Shown piece by piece: positions 16,248 through 25,390 of a stretch of 25,390 nt of DNA. A program made the translations under genes and the position numbers. The notes below the pieces were generated by a model. The model was not told where the DNA came from and did no database searches. It saw only the letters and a list, made by a program, of their open reading frames with translations. Numbering within the stretch: the stretch's first letter is position 1; each line of letters begins with the position of its first letter. This DNA comes from Candidatus Krumholzibacteriota bacterium (GTDB lineage: Bacteria > Krumholzibacteriota > Krumholzibacteriia > LZORAL124-64-63), in contig JBDLKA010000047.1 in NCBI GenBank assembly GCA_039714075.1, positions 1-25,390 of the forward strand, written 5' to 3'.

Positions 16248-18052
16248 ATGAGAACAGCAAGGCATCAAACGGCGAAAGCATGAGAACCCACCGCTGCGGT
16301 GAGGTCACCGAGAGCCTCGTCGGCACCGAAATTAAGCTGGCCGGTTGGGCCGGCAGGATCCGCGATCTGGGCGGCGTGGTTTTTGTCGATTTGCGGGACC
16401 GCTACGGCATCGTGCAGGTCGTGTTCGAGGACGGCCGCCCCCTGGAAATCGCCAAGGATTTCAAGCTCGAATCGGTCCTGGGGATCACGGGGCTGGTGCG
16501 GCCCCGGCCCGCGGACATGGTCAATCCGAACAAGGCCACCGGCGCGATCGAGGTCGTGGCCCGCCAGGTGGAAATCCTCAACGGCTGCGCGCCGCTGCCC
16601 TTTCAGATCGACCAGGCTCAGGACGCCACCGAGGAATTGCGGCTCAAACACCGGTACATCCATCTGCGGCATCCGGTGATGGCGAACAACATGCGGGTCC
16701 GGCATCTGGCCGCCCAGGCGGCGCGGCGTTTCCTGTCGGACCGGGATTTCCTCGAAGTCGAAACGCCCCTGCTGATCAAGACCACCCCCGAAGGCGCCCG
16801 GGACTACGTGGTGCCCAGCCGGATCCATCACGGCCAGTTCTACGCCCTGCCCCAGTCGCCCCAGCTCTACAAGCAGATCCTGATGGCCAGCGGGGTGGAC
16901 CGTTATTTCCAGCTGGCCCGTTGCCTGCGGGACGAGGATCTGCGGTCGGACCGGCAGCCGGAGCACACCCAGATCGACCTCGAGATGAGCTTCGTGCAGG
17001 AGAACGAGATCTTTGACGTCGTCGAACAGATGATGGCCACCATTTTCGCCGAGGCCGCGGGTATCGATCTGCCGGTTCCCTTCCCGCGAATTTCCTACGA
17101 CGACGCCATGGACATGTACGGCTCGGACAAGCCGGACCTGAGGTTCGGCTGCCCGATCCACGGCCTGGACGACCTGGTTCCCGGGTGCGGTTTCGGTGTC
17201 TTCGAAAAGGCCCTGGAAGCCGGCGGGACCGTGCGGTGCCTCAACGGCCACGGCCTGGCGGGCTGGAGCCGGAAGCAGGTCGACGAACTGGAGGAACTGG
17301 TCAAGAAGAAGGGGGCCTTCGGGCTGGCCCGCGCCAAGGTGACCGCCGCGGGTCTGGAAACGGGCATCGCGAAATTCCTGGGTGATGATTTCCAACAGGG
17401 GTTGCGGGACCGGATTGGCTGCCAGGAGGGAGACCTTCTGCTTTTCGTGGCCGGAGATACCGCCATGGTCCGGGAGGCCCTCGGAGCCCTGAGGCTGGAA
17501 ATGGCCGCCCTGGCGGGATGGGTGCCGGAGAATACCTGGGCCCTGGCCTGGGTGCGCAACTTCCCCCTCTTCGAGAAAAACAAGGAAGGCGGCTGGGACG
17601 CCTGCCACCACATGTTCACCCAGCCGCGACCCGAGGACCTGGACGGTCTCGAGGATGACCCGGGGGCGGGACGGGCGCAACTTTACGACCTGGTGTGCAA
17701 CGGGGTGGAACTGGGTTCGGGCAGCATCCGGATCCATCAGCGCGAGTTGCAGGAACGCGTTTTCCGCATAGTCGGCATGTCTGAAGAGGAGTATCAGGCC
17801 AAGTTCGGGTTTTTCCTGGACGCACTCGGATACGGGGCACCGCCCCACGGCGGCATCGCCCTGGGGCTGGACCGGATCATCATGCTGCTGACGGGCAGCC
17901 CTTCGTTGCGGGAAGTCATTCCCTTCCCCAAGACGACCCTCGCCGCCGGTCCCCTGGACCGCAGCCCGGGTCCGATCAGCGAGGCCCAGCTCCGGGAGCT
18001 CAACCTGCAGATCATTCCCCGGCCCGAGGGAGAGGCAAAGGAAGGTTCATGA
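16244..18052 (+). CDS. aspS: Aspartate--tRNA ligase
   Basis: [54 protein letters not shown] and [14 protein letters not shown] are present. The start is either GTG 16244 (overlapping the hisS stop) or ATG 16280. Confidence 0.97.
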   Translation: MNENSKASNGESMRTHRCGEVTESLVGTEIKLAGWAGRIRDLGGVVFVDLRDRYGIVQVVFEDGRPLEIAKDFKLESVLGITGLVRPRPADMVNPNKATGAIEVVARQVEILNGCAPLPFQIDQAQDATEELRLKHRYIHLRHPVMANNMRVRHLAAQAARRFLSDRDFLEVETPLLIKTTPEGARDYVVPSRIHHGQFYALPQSPQLYKQILMASGVDRYFQLARCLRDEDLRSDRQPEHTQIDLEMSFVQENEIFDVVEQMMATIFAEAAGIDLPVPFPRISYDDAMDMYGSDKPDLRFGCPIHGLDDLVPGCGFGVFEKALEAGGTVRCLNGHGLAGWSRKQVDELEELVKKKGAFGLARAKVTAAGLETGIAKFLGDDFQQGLRDRIGCQEGDLLLFVAGDTAMVREALGALRLEMAALAGWVPENTWALAWVRNFPLFEKNKEGGWDACHHMFTQPRPEDLDGLEDDPGAGRAQLYDLVCNGVELGSGSIRIHQRELQERVFRIVGMSEEEYQAKFGFFLDALGYGAPPHGGIALGLDRIIMLLTGSPSLREVIPFPKTTLAAGPLDRSPGPISEAQLRELNLQIIPRPEGEAKEGS

Positions 18053-19053
18053 CCACCGAGCGGAGTGAAGGCGATTTCGAAGCCGTGGTCGAGGAGATCC
18101 TGGACCTCGACGGTGTGGACCAGCTGGGATTGTTCGGTCCGCGTGACGCCAACCTCCATTTTCTGGAAAAGAAATTCGGCGGCACGCTGATCGCGCGGGG
18201 AGACCGCCTGGTCGTTCGCGGACCGAAGGACAGGCTCCCGGTGGTCCGCGAGGTGCTGGAGGATCTCGTGCAGAGGGTCCGCCACGGGCAGTTGGTGGAC
18301 AGCGTCAGCCTGCGCTACCTGTGGGAGAGCCGCGCCGGGAAACAGGAACCCGAACCCGGTATCGTCCAGGCCGAGGACCCCCTGCTGTTCGCCAGCGGCA
18401 GCCGTCAGGCGGTTCGCGTCAAGACCAGCGGTCAGCAGGCCTATGTCAAGGCGGTGCACGATCACGATGTCGTGTTTTCCGTGGGCCCGGCGGGAACCGG
18501 CAAGACCTTCCTGGCCGTGGTCATGGCCATGGACTATCTGAAGCGGCAGTTGGTGGATCGCATCGTCCTGGTCCGGCCCGCGGTGGAAGCCGGCGAGCAA
18601 CTGGGCTTTCTGCCCGGGGATCTGCAGGAAAAGATCAACCCCTATCTGAGGCCCTTGTTCGACGCCCTGTCCGACATCACCGGCGCGGCCAAGATCGCCC
18701 GTTTCATGTCCAGCGGTGTCATCGAAGCCTCGCCGCTGGCCTACATGCGTGGCCGCACCCTGAACAATTCTTTCGTCATTCTGGACGAAGCCCAGAACAC
18801 GACCCTGGGCCAGATGAAAATGTTTCTGACCCGACTGGGTGTCCAGTCCAAGGCCGTGGTGACCGGCGACATCACGCAGATCGACCTGCCCGACAAGCGG
18901 CAATCCGGATTGGTGAAGGTGCGGGATATTCTCCGCGGTACCGACGGGGTGGCCTTCGTGGAACTGGATGGACGGGATATCGTGCGGCATCCCCTGGTCC
19001 GCAGGATAGTGGATGCCTTCGATGCCGCCGGTGTGACCGAAGACGGGGTTTGA
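18049..19053 (+). CDS. phoH: PhoH-family ATPase (YbeZ-like)
   Basis: [46 protein letters not shown] and VRHPLV are present. ATGA overlap with aspS. Confidence 0.95.
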   Translation: MTTERSEGDFEAVVEEILDLDGVDQLGLFGPRDANLHFLEKKFGGTLIARGDRLVVRGPKDRLPVVREVLEDLVQRVRHGQLVDSVSLRYLWESRAGKQEPEPGIVQAEDPLLFASGSRQAVRVKTSGQQAYVKAVHDHDVVFSVGPAGTGKTFLAVVMAMDYLKRQLVDRIVLVRPAVEAGEQLGFLPGDLQEKINPYLRPLFDALSDITGAAKIARFMSSGVIEASPLAYMRGRTLNNSFVILDEAQNTTLGQMKMFLTRLGVQSKAVVTGDITQIDLPDKRQSGLVKVRDILRGTDGVAFVELDGRDIVRHPLVRRIVDAFDAAGVTEDGV

Positions 19054-19072
19054 CAGGACGGAAGGATGGATC

Positions 19073-21403
19073 ATGGCCAAATGGTGGCTTGACCTGCGGG
19101 AATGGATGTCCCGCGACAGTGCGACCCGCGAGGGCCGCAGCGCCGTCAGGTCGGCGGGCAAGTCTTCCGGAAAAACCGCCGGCAAGGCAACGGCCAAGGG
19201 CGCCGTCAAGGGGGAGTCCCCGGTTCCTGACCGTTCCCTGATCTGGGCCCTGGGCCTGGCCCTGGGCCTGCTCGTTCTGCACCTGGTTCTCTTTTTGCCC
19301 GTTCCCCGGTTGTCCACGGATTTTCCCGAAGCCGGCCAGATCGCGGAAGCCGAGATCCGGGCGCCCTTTTCCTTCGAAGCCCCCAAGCTGGATCGCGATG
19401 TCCAGATGGAGAGACTCCAGAGAGTCGTGGTCGAGCCGCCGGTCCTGATCCGTTATGAAGCGGGAGCCGGTCGGCCGCTCAATGCCCGGATGGAACTCTT
19501 CCTCGACGACCTGGCCGCGGTCCTCGCCGATACCACGGTCAGTGCCGAGGAGAAGATCGGCCTGTTGGCCCTTCAGTATCCTTCCGCCCGTCCGGGCGAA
19601 ATCCCCGCACTGCTGGCGACGCAGGAGCCGGACTCCCTGGTCGGCCGGATGGAACGGGCCTGGTCGCGTGTGATGCGCGACGGCGTGGCCGATATGCTGC
19701 CGGTCGGTAAATACGATCGGATCGTCATTCTGACCTCATCGTCCGAGACGCTTCACGGCCTGGACAAGATCACCGTCCCGTCCACCCTGGAGAAGCGCCT
19801 GTCCACCGAATTGCTGGCCGCGGGCATGAAATCCCGTGAAGCCGGTGTCGGGGCCAGCGTGATGCGGCCCTTCATCTCGCCCAATCTGACCTACGATCCG
19901 GCCGAGACACGCCTCCGGCAGGACGCCGCCAGGGAATCGGTTGCGGCAACCAAGGGATTCCTGCCGGAAGAGCGCATCGTCGACCAGGGGGTGCGGGTCA
20001 CCGAACAGCAGGCCCTGTACCTGGAACAGTTGAAATCCCTGCTGCTGGACCGCGGTGGCGGGGACGACGGGCCCGGGCGGTTGTCCCGTTTCATCGTGCG
20101 GGGGTTGCTGGTGGCCGTGGCCCTGGGGTTGTTCGGGTGGCTGGCCGTCATTCATTTTCCCGAACGGCTGCGCAGCCTGAGATTCCTGCTGGCCCTGACC
20201 GCGGTTCTGGCGGTCTATCTGGCGGGCGCCTGGTTCGCCCTGAGCCGGCCCGCCCTGGGTCCGCTGGCGGTGCCGATCATTCTTTTGTCCCTGTTCGCCA
20301 CGGTTCTTTTCAAGGCCAGGGTGGGTTACGTCTCGACCCTTCTGGGGGTGACGATGCTGGCCTTTCTGCCGGGGGTCGGTCCAGGGAGCATTTTCGCCTG
20401 GTACATCCTGGGGATGGTCACGGTGGTCTCGGTGCGCCGGATTCAGAAACGCAGCCAGTTCTATCAGACCATCCTGCTGCTCACTTTTCTGGCGGCGGCC
20501 CTTATCTTCCTGCTGGGACCGGAGGCTTTCGGACCCGAAGGCCGGAACGGGCACATCTACCTGGTGGGGCTGTTCACCCCGGTGCTTCTGGTCGCTTTCG
20601 GCCTGTTTCTGCTGCCGGTCATCGAGCCCCTGGTGGGTGTCTGCTCGGACCTTACCCTGCTCGAGCTTTCCGATTTGAACCATCCGCTGCTGAAGCGGAT
20701 GGCCCTCGAGGCCCAGGGGACCTATCACCACAGCCAGGTGGTGGGGCAGTTGGCCGAACACGCCGCCCGGGCCATCGACGCCAACGCGCTGCTGACCAGG
20801 GTCGGCGCCCTCTTCCACGATATCGGCAAGATGCAGAAGTCCGAATACTACGTGGAGAACCAGAGGCCGGAGTACAACAAGCACGACGAGTTGAGCCCCA
20901 GCATGAGCGCCCTGGTGATTTCAGCCCACGTCAAGGACGGGATGGAGTTGGGACGCAAGTGGCGCCTGCCCCAGATGGTGATCGATTTCATTCCCGAACA
21001 TCACGGCACCATGGTGATGGAATATTTCTATCACAAGGCTCTTGAAGGCGAGGGCAACGAAACGGTGAAGGTGGATGATTTCCGCTATCCCGGACCCAAG
21101 CCCCGGTCCCGGGAAACAGCGATCCTGATGCTGGCCGACGCGGTGGAGGCCGCCACCCGCTCCCTGGCCAAACCCACTCCGAGCCGGATCAGGGAAATCA
21201 CCAAACAGATCATCGACAAAAGGATGCTCAGCGGGGAAATGGACGAGTCCGGCCTGACCCTCAGCGATCTGGCCGGAATCCGCGAGGCGTTCATCCCGCT
21301 GTTGACCGGGATCCACCACTCGCGCATCGTGTACCCCGGCCAGAAGGACCGGGACGGCGACCGGATTCCCGAACGTCGGGGCGAAAGGAAGGCCGGCCCG
21401 TGA
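19073..21403 (+). CDS. 7TM-HD (HDIG) phosphohydrolase, PgpH/YqfF-like c-di-AMP phosphodiesterase family
   Basis: N-terminal TM and large extracytoplasmic domain, then multiple TM helices, then LLELSDLNHPLL, GTYHHS, FHDIGK, EHHGT, FRYPGPKP and MLADAVEAA. Confidence 0.9.
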   Translation: MAKWWLDLREWMSRDSATREGRSAVRSAGKSSGKTAGKATAKGAVKGESPVPDRSLIWALGLALGLLVLHLVLFLPVPRLSTDFPEAGQIAEAEIRAPFSFEAPKLDRDVQMERLQRVVVEPPVLIRYEAGAGRPLNARMELFLDDLAAVLADTTVSAEEKIGLLALQYPSARPGEIPALLATQEPDSLVGRMERAWSRVMRDGVADMLPVGKYDRIVILTSSSETLHGLDKITVPSTLEKRLSTELLAAGMKSREAGVGASVMRPFISPNLTYDPAETRLRQDAARESVAATKGFLPEERIVDQGVRVTEQQALYLEQLKSLLLDRGGGDDGPGRLSRFIVRGLLVAVALGLFGWLAVIHFPERLRSLRFLLALTAVLAVYLAGAWFALSRPALGPLAVPIILLSLFATVLFKARVGYVSTLLGVTMLAFLPGVGPGSIFAWYILGMVTVVSVRRIQKRSQFYQTILLLTFLAAALIFLLGPEAFGPEGRNGHIYLVGLFTPVLLVAFGLFLLPVIEPLVGVCSDLTLLELSDLNHPLLKRMALEAQGTYHHSQVVGQLAEHAARAIDANALLTRVGALFHDIGKMQKSEYYVENQRPEYNKHDELSPSMSALVISAHVKDGMELGRKWRLPQMVIDFIPEHHGTMVMEYFYHKALEGEGNETVKVDDFRYPGPKPRSRETAILMLADAVEAATRSLAKPTPSRIREITKQIIDKRMLSGEMDESGLTLSDLAGIREAFIPLLTGIHHSRIVYPGQKDRDGDRIPERRGERKAGP

Positions 21404-21954
21404 TCCTGCGTCTGGTCGAGCGCCGAAAACATCCGGCTCCCCTTGGCGCCGCCTGGGCGGCGGAAGGGTTCCAAAGCGGGCTTCCGGCCCGGCTGGCGGC
21501 GGCCCTGGGCCGCGCCGACTGGGGCTGCGACGTGGTGTTGGTCGATGACGACATCATGGCCGGCCTGAACCTGGAATTCAGGAATGTGCCCGGGGTGACC
21601 GACGTGCTTTCGTTCTCCTATCTCCAGGGGGCGGGCGAGGGCGAAGCCGTGTTGCGGCGTGGGCAGGGGCGGGCCGCTGCGGATCTGTGGCTGGATTCAC
21701 TGGCTGCCGCAACCGGGGATGGTCCGACGCAGGTGGTGGGGGAGGTCGTACTGGCGCCCGGTTTTATCGTCGCCCGCTGCCGGGAGAAGAACTGGTCCGA
21801 AGACCAGGAGATTCCCCTGCTGGTCGTTCACGGCATCCTGCATGTCCTGGGCTGGGATCATCAGGATGAACGGGAGACGACGGCCATGAGAAACGTCGAA
21901 GCGGAAATTCTGGCTGCAGAAGGATTGCCCCATCCTCTGCTGGGAAGGAGTTGA
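21400..21954 (+). CDS. ybeY: rRNA maturation endoribonuclease YbeY
   Basis: LNLEFR...TDVLSF and VHGILHVLGWDH (H3xH5xH) are present. GTGA overlap with the HD gene, and the phoH/HD/corC neighbourhood is typical. Confidence 0.9.
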   Translation: MILRLVERRKHPAPLGAAWAAEGFQSGLPARLAAALGRADWGCDVVLVDDDIMAGLNLEFRNVPGVTDVLSFSYLQGAGEGEAVLRRGQGRAAADLWLDSLAAATGDGPTQVVGEVVLAPGFIVARCREKNWSEDQEIPLLVVHGILHVLGWDHQDERETTAMRNVEAEILAAEGLPHPLLGRS

Positions 21955-21961
21955 GCGGTCG

Positions 21962-23287
21962 ATGGATGGTTCTGGTGCCGGTTTGTCCGCGGCGACGGGA
22001 ACGGTTGTCCTGACGGCAGCCGCCTGGTTGGGCGCCATGCTCATGGGCGGATTGATGACCGCCCATTACCGCATCAGCGGGCTGTTCCGCAACGGTCTTC
22101 TGGACCAGGATTCCCTGGGGCCGGTTCTGCGGGACTACCTGGAGAACGACCGCCGTTTCCAGGTGACCATCGGGACCCTGTACCTGGTCTTCACCCTGGT
22201 GGGCGCTTTCGCCTGGGGGCATCTGCTGATGGTTATGTGGAGGATGCCCCTGGACACGTCTTTCCACCTGCTGTTCGTCGTGACGGCCTTTCTCGCCTGG
22301 AGCCTGGGGGGGCTGGTTTTCAAGATGCTGGCCGCCGGGACCGCCCTGACGTATGCCCGGATCGTCGGCGCGCTGGTCTATCCCCTGACCTGGTTGTTGC
22401 GGCCCTGGACGGCCCTGATGCTGCTGGTCATGGACAAGCTGGACGACACCCTGTGGACGACCGATATGCAACCGCATCTTTCGGCCGGCGAGATCCGCAG
22501 CCTCATCACCGAAGACGGGGAAAACGTCACCCTCGATGAAGATGAAAGGGAGATGATCCAGAGCATCTTCGACTTCCACGACACCGCGGTGCGGGAAATC
22601 ATGATCCCGCGCATCGACATGGTGGCCCTGGACGGGGATTCCGAACTGGCGGGCACCCTGGCCGCGGTCATCGCCAGCGGTCATTCCCGGGTGCCGGTGT
22701 TCGAGGGGAACGTGGACAAGGTGATGGGCATCCTCTATTCGAAGGACCTGTTGAAACTCTTTCGGGAAGGCGATTTCCCGGGTGGGGAATTCAATCTGAA
22801 AAGCCTGGTGCACCCGGCCTACTACGTTCCCGAAAGCAAGAAGATCGACGAGGTCCTCGACGAGTTCCGGGCCAAGCGCATTCACATGGCGGTGGTCATC
22901 GACGAGTACGGTGGAACCGCGGGCCTGGTGACCCTCGAGGATGTGATCGAGGAGATCGTGGGTGAGATCCAGGATGAATTCGACGCCGATGAGGACCTGC
23001 TGACCTGGGTGGACGAAGCCACCGTCCGGTTGGATCCCAAGATCAACCTCGAGGATCTGGAGGAAATGCTGGGTGTCACCTTCGGCGCCGCCGACGGCAT
23101 CGAGACCAGCGAGACCCTGGGCGGCCTGATCTACGAGGCCGCCGGGAATGTTCCGGAAAAAGGCGACCGGGTGGAAGTGGCGGGATTCGTCATCCAGGTG
23201 GAGGACGTGGCCGACCAGCGGATCCTGCGGGTCCTGCTGCAGTCGTCCGAACCGCTGCCCGGATACCACAAGCGGGACGAGGAATGA
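21962..23287 (+). CDS. Hemolysin-family / CNNM (CorC/CorB-like) protein: TM region, CBS pair and CorC_HlyC domain
   Basis: EMIQSIFDF..TAVREIMIPR, GHSRVPV, GILYSKDLL, YVPESKKI, HMAVVIDEYGGTAGLVTLEDVIEEIVGEIQDEFD and ETLGGLI are present, after N-terminal hydrophobic helices. Confidence 0.92.
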   Translation: MDGSGAGLSAATGTVVLTAAAWLGAMLMGGLMTAHYRISGLFRNGLLDQDSLGPVLRDYLENDRRFQVTIGTLYLVFTLVGAFAWGHLLMVMWRMPLDTSFHLLFVVTAFLAWSLGGLVFKMLAAGTALTYARIVGALVYPLTWLLRPWTALMLLVMDKLDDTLWTTDMQPHLSAGEIRSLITEDGENVTLDEDEREMIQSIFDFHDTAVREIMIPRIDMVALDGDSELAGTLAAVIASGHSRVPVFEGNVDKVMGILYSKDLLKLFREGDFPGGEFNLKSLVHPAYYVPESKKIDEVLDEFRAKRIHMAVVIDEYGGTAGLVTLEDVIEEIVGEIQDEFDADEDLLTWVDEATVRLDPKINLEDLEEMLGVTFGAADGIETSETLGGLIYEAAGNVPEKGDRVEVAGFVIQVEDVADQRILRVLLQSSEPLPGYHKRDEE

Positions 23288-23332
23288 GCGGACGGACCGG
23301 GAACCGACTCACCGCCGGCGGGAGCTGATACC

Positions 23333-24013
23333 GTGTACAGGTTCATGCAAAGACATTTCTTTACGGGGTTGTTGTCAATCACCCCACTGGTCATCACGTC
23401 GTGGATCCTGTGGCGGTTCTACGTGCTGATCAGCGCGACCATGCGCCCCTGGCTGCAGCGGATCCCCGCGGTAACCGAAACCTACCCGGAATTTCTGCTG
23501 ACCCTTATCGGAGTCGTCGTGTTCGTGCTCGTGATCACCCTGGTGGGGTTGTTCACGCGCAACCTCATCGGCATCGCGTTTTTCCGGGTCCTGGAAAGGT
23601 TTTTCGAACAGATTCCGGTGGTCAAAAGTGTTTTCTCCGCCGTCAAGCAGATCGCCGAGGTATTCCTGCAGGACCGCCGCACGGCCTTCCAGAAGGTGGT
23701 CATGTTCGCCTATCCCCGGCAGGGACTCTATTCCATGGGTTTCGTGACGCGGGACGAACCGGATCAGCTTCTGGTCAACGTGTTTCTGCCCACGACTCCC
23801 AATCCGACCTCCGGCTTCATGCTCCTGGTGCCCCGCGATGAATTGGTGGAGTTGCCCATTCCCGTGGAAGAGGCGATCAAGCTCATCGTGTCCGGGGGCG
23901 CCATCATGACTCCGGAACAGGCCGCTCTGGTCGGGGGCAGCTCCCTGCGGCTGGCGACCCAGACCGGAGCGGAGGGAACGGGCGCCGCAACAGAAAAGGA
24001 TCCGGAACAGTGA
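23333..24013 (+). CDS. DUF502 family membrane protein
   Basis: FFTGLL..PLVIT, IPVVKSVFSAVKQI, YPRQG, VFLPTTPNPTSGF and EAIKLIVSGG are present. The start is GTG 23333 or ATG 23345. Confidence 0.9.
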   Translation: MYRFMQRHFFTGLLSITPLVITSWILWRFYVLISATMRPWLQRIPAVTETYPEFLLTLIGVVVFVLVITLVGLFTRNLIGIAFFRVLERFFEQIPVVKSVFSAVKQIAEVFLQDRRTAFQKVVMFAYPRQGLYSMGFVTRDEPDQLLVNVFLPTTPNPTSGFMLLVPRDELVELPIPVEEAIKLIVSGGAIMTPEQAALVGGSSLRLATQTGAEGTGAATEKDPEQ

Positions 24014-25390
24014 CGGACAGATTTCCCGACAGCCCTGATCCGGCCAAGCCGGACGACCTGGTCCTGAATCCCGCGAACCTGGATGCCGAGCGGCACGCGC
24101 TGGAATTGAAGTTCGGGGATCTTCTGGTCGCGGACGACACCGGATCCCTGCGTGAACTGGCCATGGGGCTGAACCCCGGCGACCTTTCCGAGGTCCTGCG
24201 GCCGATGAATGTCGAGGACACCGCGCGCATCCTGCGCATGCTGCCGCCCGATCCGTTGGCCGAGGTTCTCAGCGAAATCGACAACCGCAGCCTGAGCGCC
24301 CTGTTCACCCTGCTGGATATCGACGAGATCGCCGACATCATCGAGGAAATGCCTTCCGACGAGGCGGCGGACGTCATCGGCGAGCTCGATACCGAACAGG
24401 CGGCCGAAATCCTGGCCGCCATGGAGGAAGAGGAGCGCAGTGAAGTCGCGGATCTGCTCCGGTATCCGCCCGAGTCCGCGGGCGGCATCATGGGCAAGGA
24501 ATTCGCGGCCTGTTCCGTAGAACAGACCGCAGGCCAGGCCGTGGCGGTCCTGCGCGAACTGGACGAGGACGACCTCGAGGAGACTCATTTCATTTATGTG
24601 TTGGATTCAAGCGGGATCCTGGTGGGCCGTCTGCCGCTGTTCCGCCTCCTGATCACGGCCCCGGAAACGGCGGTCGGCGATATCATGGAGGCGGATCCCC
24701 TTTATGTAGAAGTGGACCTGGACCAGGAGGAAGTGGCCGGTTTTTTCCAGACCCACGATCTGGTCTCCCTGCCGGTGGTCGACCGCGGCCGGGAAATGGT
24801 GGGCCTGATCACCGCCGACGACGTGATGGATGTCATGGAGGATGAGGCCACCGAGGACATGGCCCGCCTGGCGGGGGTGAGCAAGGAGGAATTCGGGGAA
24901 CAATCCAGCTTCCGCGTGGCCCGGTCCCGGTTGCCCTGGCTGCTGGGGGCCATGCTGGGCCAGTTCGGAGCCGTCCTGGTCATGTCCCACTACGAGCAGA
25001 GTATCGAAACCATGGTGGCCCTGGCGTTGTACATCCCCATGATCATGGGGACGGCGGGCAATATCGGAATCCAGACCTCTTCGGTGGTCGTGCGCGGCCT
25101 GGCCACCGGCGAGGTGGATTTCTATCACCTCGGCCGCCACCTGGGACGTGAATTGGGCACCGCCATCCTGACCGGTGCGGCGGTGGCCGCGTTCATCTAC
25201 CTGATCTCCTGGATGATCAGCAGCGACCCCAATCTGTCGGCGGTCCTCAGCCTGGCCATGCTGCTGGTGGTTCTTTTCGCGGCCATGGCCGGGTCGGGCA
25301 TTCCCCTGCTGCTGCACCGGGTGGGCATCGACCCCGCCGTGGCGACCGGACCATTCATCACCACGGCCAACGACATCGTGAGCATGGTCA
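24010..25390 (+). CDS. mgtE: Magnesium transporter MgtE (3'-truncated by the window end)
   Basis: Not in the ORF track. Manual translation from GTG 24010 (GTGA overlap with the DUF502 stop) is open to the end: MPSDEAAD, LLRYPPESAGGIM, YVLD, DQEEVA, LPVVD, ITADDVMD...EATED, RLPWL, GNIGIQT, VRGLATG, IDPAVATGPFITTAND. Confidence 0.95.
   Translation, partial: MTDRFPDSPDPAKPDDLVLNPANLDAERHALELKFGDLLVADDTGSLRELAMGLNPGDLSEVLRPMNVEDTARILRMLPPDPLAEVLSEIDNRSLSALFTLLDIDEIADIIEEMPSDEAADVIGELDTEQAAEILAAMEEEERSEVADLLRYPPESAGGIMGKEFAACSVEQTAGQAVAVLRELDEDDLEETHFIYVLDSSGILVGRLPLFRLLITAPETAVGDIMEADPLYVEVDLDQEEVAGFFQTHDLVSLPVVDRGREMVGLITADDVMDVMEDEATEDMARLAGVSKEEFGEQSSFRVARSRLPWLLGAMLGQFGAVLVMSHYEQSIETMVALALYIPMIMGTAGNIGIQTSSVVVRGLATGEVDFYHLGRHLGRELGTAILTGAAVAAFIYLISWMISSDPNLSAVLSLAMLLVVLFAAMAGSGIPLLLHRVGIDPAVATGPFITTANDIVSMV

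Noticed and set aside
7814..25385. Other long minus-strand ORFs (7814-9097, 10411-11394, 11610-12917, 14898-16268, 16265-17848, 17794-19386, 21764-23269, 23764-24588, 24607-25317)
   Set aside because: All are antisense shadows of well-supported + strand genes. The last two overlap mgtE, which the ORF track missed because it has no stop in the window.

Overview
High-GC bacterial chromosomal segment made up mostly of housekeeping and envelope genes, almost all on the + strand. I saw no rRNA, tRNA, CRISPR array or mobile element. Gene order: (1) 3' part of a protein with a CxxCH motif, a Tyr/Trp-rich stretch and a long Ser/Arg/Gly tail; (2) a secreted M6 (immune inhibitor A)-like protein with FG-GAP-like Ca-binding repeats, a T9SS-type C-terminal domain and a degenerate zinc motif; (3) a PorV/PorQ-family beta-barrel; (4) an LpxH-like phosphoesterase on the - strand; (5) a small coiled-coil hypothetical; (6) an HtrA/DegQ protease; (7) a short sigma-70 factor without region 1.1; (8) an M23 peptidase; then a closely packed run of AMIN-amidase-LysM, YbbR/CdaR-like, PhnD-like binding protein, hisS, aspS, phoH, 7TM-HD (PgpH-like), ybeY, CNNM/CorC-like, DUF502 and mgtE. 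mgtE is truncated by the window end and absent from the ORF track. The PorV-like gene, T9SS-like tail and short sigma factor suggest an FCB-group lineage, and the E. coli-like promoters and Shine-Dalgarno sites point to one outside Bacteroidota (for example Krumholzibacteria/Latescibacteria-like). This taxonomy is inference only. The most interesting items are the pseudo-peptidase/PorV pair, the structured intergenic region at 1316-1526, the apparently degenerate CNNM membrane domain, and c-di-AMP/Mg2+-related genes with no cyclase in the window.
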